A stretch of DNA of 64,000 nucleotides from an uncultured Candidatus Saccharibacteria bacterium (lineage in GTDB: Bacteria; Patescibacteriota; Minisyncoccia; RBG-13-40-8-A). Shown here piece after piece: positions 1 to 7,765 of the stretch. A model generated the notes under the pieces. That model ran no database searches. It worked only from the letters and a program-made list of their open reading frames with translations, and had not been told where the DNA came from. The stretch is taken from NCBI GenBank assembly GCA_965231075.1, contig OZ246412.1:91903-155902 (forward strand), read 5' to 3'. The translations under genes were made by a program, and so were the position numbers. Positions within the stretch are counted from its first letter, which is position 1; each line of letters starts with the position of its first letter.

Positions 1-639
1 GGAAATCGGCACGAAGTCCGGCTTGATCTGGCTGAGGTCCAGACGCTCGTTTGCGGCGTATGCCGCCGCATCCAAGAGGACATCCCAGCCATTGGCCTTG
101 GCTTTTGCGATCCAGTTGAGGTCGTGCACGGTCCCGGAGTAATTGGATTTCGCCGGATATGCGAACAGCCTCTGTCCCATCGCTCTCGGCCGAGTGAGCA
201 TCTCTTCGAGAGTGCTCGCGTCGATCGAGAGATCCTTTAGGATGGGGGCGTATCTGAACGAACCCCCGTTGCGCTTGGCGGTTTCACGCAGGCCACCCAC
301 TGAGTTGTGGTTGTCCTTTGTAAGGAGCAATTCTCCTCCTTCGAACTTGTAATGTTCGAGGATTCGAATTGCGGCCGTCGCGCCTGAGGTGAAGATCACC
401 TCGTACTCTTCGGGAAAAGCGTGGAAATACTCGAGTATTGCTCTTCGAGTTTCCATCACTTCTTGCATCGCCGCCACGGAAGGCGAATGATGCGAATGAG
501 GATTCCCGAGGATGATTGTCTTCAGGAATTCGCTGTGCGCGTCGATCAGCGAGATCGGCGGCAGGGCTGACCCGGTCCAGTCTGCGTAGACTTGACCTTC
601 TTTGATTTGAGGGAACAAACACCTGGAAATTTTCTCCAT
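1..639 (-). CDS. class V aminotransferase / cysteine desulfurase-like PLP enzyme, N-terminal part (runs off window start)
   Basis: Reverse-strand frame not in ORF track (no stop in window). Translation begins MEKISRCLFPQIKEGQVYADWTGSALPPISLIDAHSEF...IFTSGATAAIRIL...LLDAAAYAANERLDL, typical of the aminotransferase class V fold. Start codon revcomp at 637-639, preceded by AGGAGG. GC ~58% against ~35% elsewhere. Confidence 0.6.
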   Translation of the reverse strand, partial: MEKISRCLFPQIKEGQVYADWTGSALPPISLIDAHSEFLKTIILGNPHSHHSPSVAAMQEVMETRRAILEYFHAFPEEYEVIFTSGATAAIRILEHYKFEGGELLLTKDNHNSVGGLRETAKRNGGSFRYAPILKDLSIDASTLEEMLTRPRAMGQRLFAYPAKSNYSGTVHDLNWIAKAKANGWDVLLDAAAYAANERLDLSQIKPDFVPIS

Positions 640-806
640 CACAACCTCCTTGCAGACACAGATTAGAAACCGATTCGATCAGTTTCTTTATACTATAATG
701 TTAGCACAAATACTAAATTTTGTCAATAGTGGCAGAAATCTTTTTATTTCTATTAAAAAAACAACCCTACGACCATAGGATTGTTTTTTTGTTGGAACAC
801 TTAATA

Positions 807-1961
807 TTATTTTAGTTCTAAGTTAGAATTTGCGATAATTTTAGAATAATTTGCGATCGTCTTGTTTCCACTCAAATATCCCGCGATGGCAATCATTACG
901 CCATTGTCCATACAAAGATTTTTTGGAGGAACCAAAAAATCAATTTTCCCATGCCTATTGGCAGGCAGGAATTTACAATTTTCAATTTTCAATATGAATT
1001 GCTTGCGCAATTCTTCATTGGCGGCGACCCCACCAGAAAGAATAATCGTTTTGGCTTTGTATTTTTCTACTGCTTTAAGGGTTTTGGAAATTAAAACGTC
1101 AATTATTGCTTGTTGAGTTTCAGCACAAAGCGCTGAAATGATATCTGGTTCGAGGTTCGGGGTTCGAAGTTGATTTTTTTTCGAACCTCGAACTTTCAAC
1201 TCTTGAACTAAATACAATACTGCTGTTTTTAGTCCCGAAAAACTAAAATCGAAATTTTGATGGTTAATCATTGGGCGAGGCAAGGCAATTGATGTTTTAC
1301 CAACAAATTTGGTAGCTTCTTGCGAAATAAGGGGACCGCCTGGATATCCTAGCCCAAGCAGTTTGGCCACCTTATCGAAACATTCTCCCGCCGCATCATC
1401 TCTCGTTTCGCCGATAATTTTATAGCTTGCCCAGTTTTTTGCGGGGCTTCCGAATTTTTCCATCAATATTAATTGTGTGTGCCCACCGGAAACAAGTAAC
1501 GCTATGGCTGGCCTGCCCGCAACGCCAGCAAGCTGTCTTGCGTGGCGGGCGGGGAAATTAGAAATTCCGCTGCCAAAGGCAACGGTGATGTGTCCCTCTA
1601 AATGATTGACTGGCACTATTGGAATGTTATATTTATATGCCAATGCTTTTGCGAAATTAACCCCAATTAAAAGTGAGGGGATTAATCCTGGGCCGACAGT
1701 TACGGCGATTAAGTCAATTTTGGTTATTGGAATCCTTGCTTCTTTGAGTGCGGTTTTTAGGCACGGACCAATGTTTTTTAAGTGTTCGCGTGCGGCTAAG
1801 TTTGGCACAACGCCACCAAATGGTGCGTGAACTTTAATTTGTGAAGACACGACATTGGAAAGAATTTTAAAACTTGCCCCGCCTTTTTGCGGGTTCGCTT
1901 CTAAAATCGCAATTCCCGTGTCGTCACAACTTGTTTCAATGCCCAAGATAATCATAACCAA
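807..1961 (-). CDS. tsaD: tRNA N6-adenosine threonylcarbamoyltransferase TsaD (Kae1/YgjD family)
   Basis: MIILGIETSCDDTGIAIL N-terminus, LLVSGGHTQL, GLGYPGG and SGGVAANEELR motifs. 384 aa, longer than usual because of two GC-rich in-frame inserts. Confidence 0.9.
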   Translation of the reverse strand: MVMIILGIETSCDDTGIAILEANPQKGGASFKILSNVVSSQIKVHAPFGGVVPNLAAREHLKNIGPCLKTALKEARIPITKIDLIAVTVGPGLIPSLLIGVNFAKALAYKYNIPIVPVNHLEGHITVAFGSGISNFPARHARQLAGVAGRPAIALLVSGGHTQLILMEKFGSPAKNWASYKIIGETRDDAAGECFDKVAKLLGLGYPGGPLISQEATKFVGKTSIALPRPMINHQNFDFSFSGLKTAVLYLVQELKVRGSKKNQLRTPNLEPDIISALCAETQQAIIDVLISKTLKAVEKYKAKTIILSGGVAANEELRKQFILKIENCKFLPANRHGKIDFLVPPKNLCMDNGVMIAIAGYLSGNKTIANYSKIIANSNLELK

Positions 1962-2010
1962 ACTCTATCAAAAAATCGTCTTTTTGGCAATTTTATGGTA
2001 GGATTTAATT

Positions 2011-2880
2011 ATGAAAATTGGATACCCGTGTATTAATTTAAGTATTGGCTGTACTGCAAATTCAACCTTTCGGTTGAAGTTTTTTTCGCGCGAAAATCTA
2101 ATAAGAAAAGTAAATAACAACCTAGAATGTTTACAAAAAATATTAGAGTTTAACGTTGAAAATAATATTTTATTTTTTCGCATTGGTTCGGGTTTAGTTC
2201 CATTTGCTTCGCACGAAATTTGCGAATTTAATTGGCAAAAACATTTTAAGAAGAAATTATTGCAAATCGGAAAATATATTAAAAAACACGAAATAAGAAT
2301 TTCTATGCATCCGGATCAATTCGTTTTGATTAATGCCAAAGACCCTAAAATAATCGAAAAAAGTTTCCAAGAGTTAAAATATCATTGCGATGTTTTAGAT
2401 TTAATGGGGCTGGATTCGACGGCGAAGATACAAATTCATGTTGGAGGAGCGTACGGGGACAAAAAAACTTCAATGGTTAGATTTGTTGATAATTATAAAA
2501 AACTCCCTAATAATATTAAAAAAAGATTAGTGATTGAAAACGACGATAAATTGTACAATTTAAAGGATTGTTTATCTATTAATAAGCAGACAAAAATACC
2601 AATTCTATTAGATATTTTTCATCATCAGTGTCTAAATAGCGGAGAGTCAACTAAGAGCGCGATTGTTTTTGCCAGTAAGACATGGAAAAAGAAAGACGGA
2701 GTTTTGATGGTTGATTATAGCAATCAAAGAGAAAATGCGCGCAGAGGCACGCATATTGAACATATCGACTTAAGACAATATAAAAACTTTTTGAAACAAT
2801 CTAAAGATTTAAAATTCGATTTGATGTTAGAAATAAAAGATAAAGAAAAAAGTGCGTTAGAGGTTATAAATTTAAAATAA
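2011..2880 (+). CDS. uvdE: UV damage endonuclease UvdE family
   Basis: IGYPCINLSIG, RISMHPDQFVLINA, IHVGGAYGDK and RLVIENDD motifs typical of UVDE. Confidence 0.75.
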   Translation: MKIGYPCINLSIGCTANSTFRLKFFSRENLIRKVNNNLECLQKILEFNVENNILFFRIGSGLVPFASHEICEFNWQKHFKKKLLQIGKYIKKHEIRISMHPDQFVLINAKDPKIIEKSFQELKYHCDVLDLMGLDSTAKIQIHVGGAYGDKKTSMVRFVDNYKKLPNNIKKRLVIENDDKLYNLKDCLSINKQTKIPILLDIFHHQCLNSGESTKSAIVFASKTWKKKDGVLMVDYSNQRENARRGTHIEHIDLRQYKNFLKQSKDLKFDLMLEIKDKEKSALEVINLK

Positions 2881-2949
2881 AAAAATTAAAGTATGGTAAT
2901 ATAAAATATAAGAATTAACTTGCCCCGCCATGGCGGGGTGAATAAAAAT

Positions 2950-3309
2950 ATGAAAAAAATATTCAAAAGATGGTGGTTTTGGGTTATTGTCGTAATAATT
3001 TTAATTTTTGTATTGTACAACTTTTTTATTAAAGGATTGATTGAATTAAATAACGAAAAATTATGCAAAAATGCGGGCGGAAAATGGGGTCTTTGGAGTA
3101 ATCTAAGGTCGCGTGGCTACGAATGTAATTTGCCGACATCCGACGCCGGAAAGGAATGTACCGACTCAAGTCAATGCGAAAATTTTTGTCAGGCGCCAGA
3201 AGAGGCAAAAGAGGGCTCAAAAGTCGTGGGTAAGTGTTATGGATTTCAAAAATCGATTGGAAGGCAAGAAGTAAAGAATGGAATTGTTGGTGGCATAAAG
3301 ATCCAATAA
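2950..3309 (+). CDS. hypothetical membrane-anchored Cys-rich protein
   Basis: One N-terminal TM helix (WWFWVIVVIILIFVLY) then a Cys-rich soluble part. Start taken at the internal Met of ORF 2920..3309. Confidence 0.4.
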   Translation: MKKIFKRWWFWVIVVIILIFVLYNFFIKGLIELNNEKLCKNAGGKWGLWSNLRSRGYECNLPTSDAGKECTDSSQCENFCQAPEEAKEGSKVVGKCYGFQKSIGRQEVKNGIVGGIKIQ

Positions 3310-3384
3310 TGCTCGAGATTTAAATATAATGAAATAAATTTCATCTTTAATGGTATAATAAGATATAATCATTAATCCCAAAAC

Positions 3385-3669
3385 ATGAAAACACAAAAAG
3401 CAAACACAGAAAAGTGTCACGATTGTGGCAAAGAAATAAAAGTTATAAATGATGAACTAAAAAATGGTAAAGTTTTAGTTTACGACGATAATGGCAAAAA
3501 AATAACAATTATCAAATGCGATAGCTGTTATGAAAAAAATCCTGGATTAACAAATTTTAAAGAATGTGAGGTTTATTCAAGAATTGTCGGATATATTCGA
3601 CCGGTACAACAATGGAACAAAGGAAAACAACAAGAGTTTAAAGAAAGAAAAGAATTCGCTTCGTGTTAA
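3385..3669 (+). CDS. stand-alone NrdD C-terminal-like domain (zinc ribbon plus glycyl-radical motif)
   Basis: CHDCGKE...CDSCYE zinc ribbon followed by SRIVGYIRPVQQWNKGKQQEFKERK. This matches the conserved C-terminal Gly-radical segment of class III anaerobic ribonucleotide reductase (RxxGY...WNxGKxxEFKDR). Only 94 aa; no catalytic barrel. Confidence 0.55.
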   Translation: MKTQKANTEKCHDCGKEIKVINDELKNGKVLVYDDNGKKITIIKCDSCYEKNPGLTNFKECEVYSRIVGYIRPVQQWNKGKQQEFKERKEFASC

Positions 3670-3698
3670 AAAATAATTTTTAAAATAAACAAAAAATC

Positions 3699-3724
3699 TC
3701 GTAAATACGAGATTTTTTGTTTAG
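3699..3724 (+). terminator. intrinsic terminator
   Basis: Hairpin atctcgtaaatacgagat followed by tttttg, downstream of the 3385..3669 ORF. Confidence 0.5.
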
Positions 3725-3726
3725 AA

Positions 3727-3798
3727 TAGCGCTACGGGGAATCGAACCCCGATTGACAGATTGAAAATCTGCTGTCCTAACCGTTAGACGATAGCGCC
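3727..3798 (-). tRNA. tRNA-Glu (anticodon TTC)
   Basis: Manual cloverleaf: acceptor GGCGCTA/TAGCGCT, D-stem GTCT/GGAC, anticodon loop TTTTCAA, T-arm CGGGG-TTCGATT-CCCCG. Confidence 0.8.
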
Positions 3799-3867
3799 AT
3801 AAATAATTATTTTAATCATAACAAAAACATTGATTTTAATCAAGAAAAAAGGTAAAATGAGAATGTT

Positions 3868-3938
3868 GCGGGATTAATACAGTGGTAGTATGCGACCTTC
3901 CCAAGGTTGATGCGCCAGTTCGATTCTGGTATCCCGCT
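3868..3938 (+). tRNA. tRNA-Gly (anticodon CCC)
   Basis: Acceptor GCGGGAT/ATCCCGC, anticodon loop TTCCCAA, T-loop TTCGATT. Confidence 0.8.
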
Positions 3939-3940
3939 GT

Positions 3941-4012
3941 GCCGCCTTAGCTTAGTGGTAGAGCAATTGTTTCGTAAACAATAGATCCTCAGTTCGATTC
4001 TGAGAGGCGGCT
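3941..4012 (+). tRNA. tRNA-Thr (anticodon CGT)
   Basis: Acceptor GCCGCCT/AGGCGGC, anticodon stem ATTGT/ACAAT with loop TTCGTAA, short variable arm, T-arm CTCAG-TTCGATT-CTGAG. Confidence 0.8.
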
Positions 4013-4055
4013 CAAAATTAGAATTTCTATTATTTTAGATATATAATGAAAGTAT

Positions 4056-5897
4056 ATGAAAAAAATTATGAACGAAGGCGAACATTTTCTCCACAAAAAA
4101 TATTCTGACCTCCACACTTCTCAACCCGTAGAACACGCACAACAAGAGAAAAAGAAAAAAGGAGAGTCAACATCACAAAAACCAGCAGATAAAATATCTG
4201 ACTTTCTTGAAGTAATTAAAAGAACCCACGGTCATCACGATGATCCACAAGTATTAGAAAGAATCAAAGAATATTATCATAAACAATACGTCATTAATCC
4301 CGAAGACGTCCCCGAATCATATTTTGATAATCAAAAACGTCTAGCCAGAGAACAAGGACACGGAGATATTGAAATCACCGACGAGATGCGAAAACAGGCC
4401 ACAGAGATAATCATTACCGACCAAGAATCAACTTTAGACAATTGGACGGAATATCTTTCTTCCAAAGATGCTGATGTTTATCCGGTCTGGGCAAGATACT
4501 GGGCATTCAGAAGCATGGTTAATCTTTCCACCTACGACAAAGAAAAGAAAGTATTCTCCAAACGAAAAAAAGATACAGTTGCTCCTTTTCCCGATTTAAA
4601 TCGTGAAGCATTGGCCAATGTCGTAGATATTATTACTAAAAAAGCAAAAAAAGAAAAAATATCATTAGCCGAAGATAATCCAGAATTACAAGAACTAATC
4701 AATCAAGAAAACTTCGGCAAGCTTTATGCTTACGCCATAGAAAAGATTACACCCACCGAAGTTAATGAATTAGAGATAACTGAAGGTAAATGGGTAAAAT
4801 ACAAACAAAATTCAGATCATATGCCATTGGTAGAATCTTTACAAGGATTTGGCACTGGTTGGTGCACAGCAGGAGAGTCAACGGCCGAGGCACAACTTAA
4901 AGGAGGTGATTTCTACGTCTATTACTCTAACAACAAACAAGGCAAGCCAATTATTCCCAGAATTGCTATCAGAATGCAGGGAAGCGAAATCGGAGAGGTG
5001 AGAGGCATTGCTCCAGATCAAAACTTAGATCCATACGTTAACGATATCGTTAAACAAAAACTACAACAGTTTCCTGACGGTAAACTTTACGAAAAGAAAC
5101 AAGCGGATATGAGGAAACTTACAGAAATCGATAACAAAAACAAAAAACAACAAGAATTAACCAAAGACGATTTAATTTTTCTTTACGAAATCGATTCTCC
5201 GATTCAAGGCTTCGGTTATCAAACCGATCCAAGAATAGTAGAAATACGAAAAACCAGGAATCCAATACAAGATGCACCAATTGTTTTTGAATGTGAGCCA
5301 AGTCAAATTGCCCACAATCAACAAGAAATCAATGAAAATACCAAAGCATATATTGGTCCGTTATTCGAAAATATTTTTCAATTAAATTTAGAGCACATTT
5401 ATACATCATTTCCGGAAAACAAAATCAGAAAGATGGAGACAACGATTGGAGGAAAAGACAAGACACAACTTTTAAAAGAGTTAAAAAAGAACAAAATCAA
5501 TATTGGTGATAATGCCGAATACATGATTAAGAGTGGTGATTTTACAACCTCCAAAAAACAAGAACAAATACAATTAATACGTTTAACAGTTGGTGACCTC
5601 GGTTTTCCAAATAGTGCCACAACACAACAAATATTCGATAAGGCCGAAAAATTAGGCCTAGAACTGTGTCCGGCGGAAACAGGTCCAAATTTACGACTAA
5701 ATTATTTAGATCAACCATTGGGAGAATGGTTTCGAATTGCGATGAAACAAATTACTGATGCCGATGGCTTCCCTCACGTGTTCAATCTGCATCACGTTGG
5801 CAGTGGTCTGTGGTTGGATGACTATTGGGCCCGTCCTGTCATCATGTGGAATTCTGCCCACAAGTTCGTATTCCGCTTTCGCAAGTTGAAAACTTAG
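4056..5897 (+). CDS. DGR target protein (613 aa) with C-terminal variable region
   Basis: Long ORF with no recognisable signal peptide. Its last ~45 codons (ITDADGFPHVFNLHHVGSGLWLDDYWARPVIMWNSAHKFVFRFRK) are an adenine-mutated copy of the TR. Confidence 0.8.
   Translation: MKKIMNEGEHFLHKKYSDLHTSQPVEHAQQEKKKKGESTSQKPADKISDFLEVIKRTHGHHDDPQVLERIKEYYHKQYVINPEDVPESYFDNQKRLAREQGHGDIEITDEMRKQATEIIITDQESTLDNWTEYLSSKDADVYPVWARYWAFRSMVNLSTYDKEKKVFSKRKKDTVAPFPDLNREALANVVDIITKKAKKEKISLAEDNPELQELINQENFGKLYAYAIEKITPTEVNELEITEGKWVKYKQNSDHMPLVESLQGFGTGWCTAGESTAEAQLKGGDFYVYYSNNKQGKPIIPRIAIRMQGSEIGEVRGIAPDQNLDPYVNDIVKQKLQQFPDGKLYEKKQADMRKLTEIDNKNKKQQELTKDDLIFLYEIDSPIQGFGYQTDPRIVEIRKTRNPIQDAPIVFECEPSQIAHNQQEINENTKAYIGPLFENIFQLNLEHIYTSFPENKIRKMETTIGGKDKTQLLKELKKNKINIGDNAEYMIKSGDFTTSKKQEQIQLIRLTVGDLGFPNSATTQQIFDKAEKLGLELCPAETGPNLRLNYLDQPLGEWFRIAMKQITDADGFPHVFNLHHVGSGLWLDDYWARPVIMWNSAHKFVFRFRKLKT
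5751..5886 (+). repeat. DGR variable region (VR)
   Basis: ~136 bp nearly identical to 6239..6376. Differences in the unambiguous core all fall at positions where the TR has A (VR has T, C or G), mostly in TR AAC codons. The 3' ~35 bp (gtggaattctg...ttccgctttcg) is conserved and IMH-like. Boundary nucleotides at each end are ambiguous. Confidence 0.8.
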
Positions 5898-6008
5898 AAA
5901 CCTTAAAGCTTTATAATTTAGTTTCTTTGATGCTTTGGTTCTTTGACACTTTGAAATTTTGTAGTTTTTTGATAAGATTGAATTGGGTAAATTGCATTGG
6001 ACGGTTGC

Positions 6009-6031
6009 GCCTGCTTTCTGGCAGACAGGGC
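6009..6031 (+). other. hairpin 1 between VR and TR
   Basis: gcctgctttctggcagacagggc, imperfect stem cctg..tctg/caga..cagg, followed by a T-rich run. Confidence 0.4.
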
Positions 6032-6080
6032 TTTTCAAAATTTTCTCAACAAACATAAATTGAGAGCGCAAACGGCTAAG

Positions 6081-6108
6081 CCTGCCTGTCGGCAGACAGG
6101 GTTTTTTG
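6081..6108 (+). terminator. intrinsic terminator-like hairpin 2 (stem shared with hairpin 1)
   Basis: cctgtc-ggca-gacagg stem-loop followed by ttttttg. Confidence 0.5.
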
Positions 6109-6238
6109 CGGAGTAGTTTATGTTTTGTTTCAAAAAAGAAAAAACTTGGTATATCGTGCTGGTTGATTTTAGATCACAAATAAAATACAGCCCAACATCT
6201 TAAAATTATGTGGGCAGTGCTATAGATGGCACGATATA

Positions 6239-6376
6239 TATAACTGATGCCGATGGCAACCCTAACGTGTTCAATCTGAATCACGATGACAATGGTCTGT
6301 GGTTGAATGACAATTGGGCCAATCCTGACAACAAGTGGAATTCTGACAACAAGTTCGTATTCCGCTTTCGAAAGTA
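6239..6376 (+). repeat. DGR template region (TR)
   Basis: Adenine-rich invariant copy of the VR. Sits in spurious ORF 6210..6596, where AAC (Asn) codons replace the varied VR codons. Confidence 0.8.
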
Positions 6377-6391
6377 TTATCTTTTCCGTGC

Positions 6392-6760
6392 TTATAAGGC
6401 ACGGTTTTTCTTTTCTGGATTATTTAAACTTTTTAGCCAACCACCAAATATTTTTCCAATTTCGTCTAACTTTAGTGCGATTTCTTCACATTGTTTGTGT
6501 GATATTAATTTACTCGTCCATGCCACAGAAACGAGAAACTTGAGAGCGTCCAATAAAAGAATACACTTTGGGATATTGGTTATTTTTATTTCTTGATTAG
6601 AAAAATAAGTCGTGTAAGTTAACTCCAAAAAATCCAAAAGCTTATTCTCTATTCTTTCGCCAATAGTATAACGATTGTGTTTCGGCATATGCGGAATAAT
6701 ATTTAGCCATATTAAATACGCTTCTTTGATTCTTTCCAAAATAGAAGTATTATTTGTCAT
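6392..6760 (-). CDS. avd: DGR accessory variability determinant (Avd, four-helix-bundle protein)
   Basis: 122 aa with the pattern ERIKEAYLIWLNIIPHMPKHNRYTIGERIENKLLDFLEL...ALKLDEIGKIFGGWLKSL, typical of bAvd / four-helix-bundle proteins. Lies between TR and RT. Confidence 0.75.
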   Translation of the reverse strand: MTNNTSILERIKEAYLIWLNIIPHMPKHNRYTIGERIENKLLDFLELTYTTYFSNQEIKITNIPKCILLLDALKFLVSVAWTSKLISHKQCEEIALKLDEIGKIFGGWLKSLNNPEKKNRAL

Positions 6761-7765
6761 ATGTATAATAATATCATATCAATTGAAAACTTGCTTTTAT
6801 CGTGGCAAGAATTTTTAAGAGGCAAGCGTAAAAGAAAAGATGTGGCGGAATTCTCTTTGAAGTTTTTTGATAATATTATAAAACTTCATCAAGAATTAAA
6901 ATTAAAAACCTATAAACATGGCGGGTATCAGGCGTTTAAAATAAATGATCCAAAACCACGCGATATCCACAAGGCCAGTGTTCACGATAGATTGGTTCAT
7001 CACGCCATATATCGAATTTTATATCCACATTTTGATAAAAAGTTCATTTTTGACTCCTATTCTTGCCGTTTAGAAAAAGGCACACACAAGGCGATAAATC
7101 GTTTTAGGAGTTATTATCGAAAGGTTAGCAAAAACAACACCAAAACTTGCTGGATTTTAAAATGCGATATTAGAAAATTTTTTGCTAACATAGATCATCA
7201 GGTTCTTAAAGATGTTTTGGCAAGACACATTAAAGATAAAAATGTTTTATGGCTCTTGGCACAAATTATTGACAGCTTTAATACGGAAAAGAAGAATGAC
7301 GTTGGCCTTCCGTTGGGCAATTTGACCAGCCAGCTTTTCGTAAATATTTATATGAACGAATTTGATCAATTCATTAAAAGAAATTTGAAAATCACACATT
7401 ATATTCGTTATGCGGACGATTTTATTGTTTTACACACGAACAAATCATATTTGGAAGCGATAATTATCATAATGTTTAAGTTTTTGAAAGAACAATTAAA
7501 GCTCGACCTGCATCCTGATAAAATTTTTATAAAAACTCTGTTTTCGGGAATTGATTTTTTGGGCTGGGTTAATTTTTATTATCATCGAATATTGCGAACC
7601 GCAACAAAACGTAGAATGTTAAGGAATATTAACAATAAACTTGAACCAGGGAGCATTGCATCGTATTTAGGATTGCTTTCGCACGGAAACACTTATGAGC
7701 TTTCGTCTCTTTTGACTTTATTATTTTTAAGGTATAATGATAAGTACGATGACAATTCAGGATAA
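6761..7765 (+). CDS. DGR reverse transcriptase
   Basis: RT motifs present, including YADDF (YxDD). Motif 4 reads LPLGNLTSQLF, the DGR-type replacement for the group II intron QGxxxSP. N-terminus has the DGR-RT-like IENLLLSWQEFLRGKRKRKDV. Confidence 0.9.
   Translation: MYNNIISIENLLLSWQEFLRGKRKRKDVAEFSLKFFDNIIKLHQELKLKTYKHGGYQAFKINDPKPRDIHKASVHDRLVHHAIYRILYPHFDKKFIFDSYSCRLEKGTHKAINRFRSYYRKVSKNNTKTCWILKCDIRKFFANIDHQVLKDVLARHIKDKNVLWLLAQIIDSFNTEKKNDVGLPLGNLTSQLFVNIYMNEFDQFIKRNLKITHYIRYADDFIVLHTNKSYLEAIIIIMFKFLKEQLKLDLHPDKIFIKTLFSGIDFLGWVNFYYHRILRTATKRRMLRNINNKLEPGSIASYLGLLSHGNTYELSSLLTLLFLRYNDKYDDNSG

Larger units (their letters stand above)
4056..7765 (+). mobile_element. diversity-generating retroelement (target gene with VR, TR, avd, RT)
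   Basis: Target CDS 4056..5897 with C-terminal VR, cognate TR 6239..6376 whose differences from the VR fall at TR adenines across the unambiguous core (edge positions less certain), Avd-like gene 6392..6760 (minus) and RT 6761..7765 with the LGNLTSQ motif. tRNA cluster immediately upstream. Confidence 0.85.

Noticed and set aside
284-622. ORF-track minus-strand ORF (112 aa, Arg/Ser-rich)
   Set aside because: Low-complexity translation in the wrong frame. A different minus-strand frame over the same DNA gives a clean aminotransferase-class-V N-terminus with an AGGAGG RBS.
5825-6596. ORFs 5825..6058, 6210..6596 and 6307..6543 in the VR-TR interval
   Set aside because: They cover the terminator hairpins and the TR. 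The 6210 ORF only looks protein-like because the TR copies the target 3' end. Treated as non-coding DGR template.
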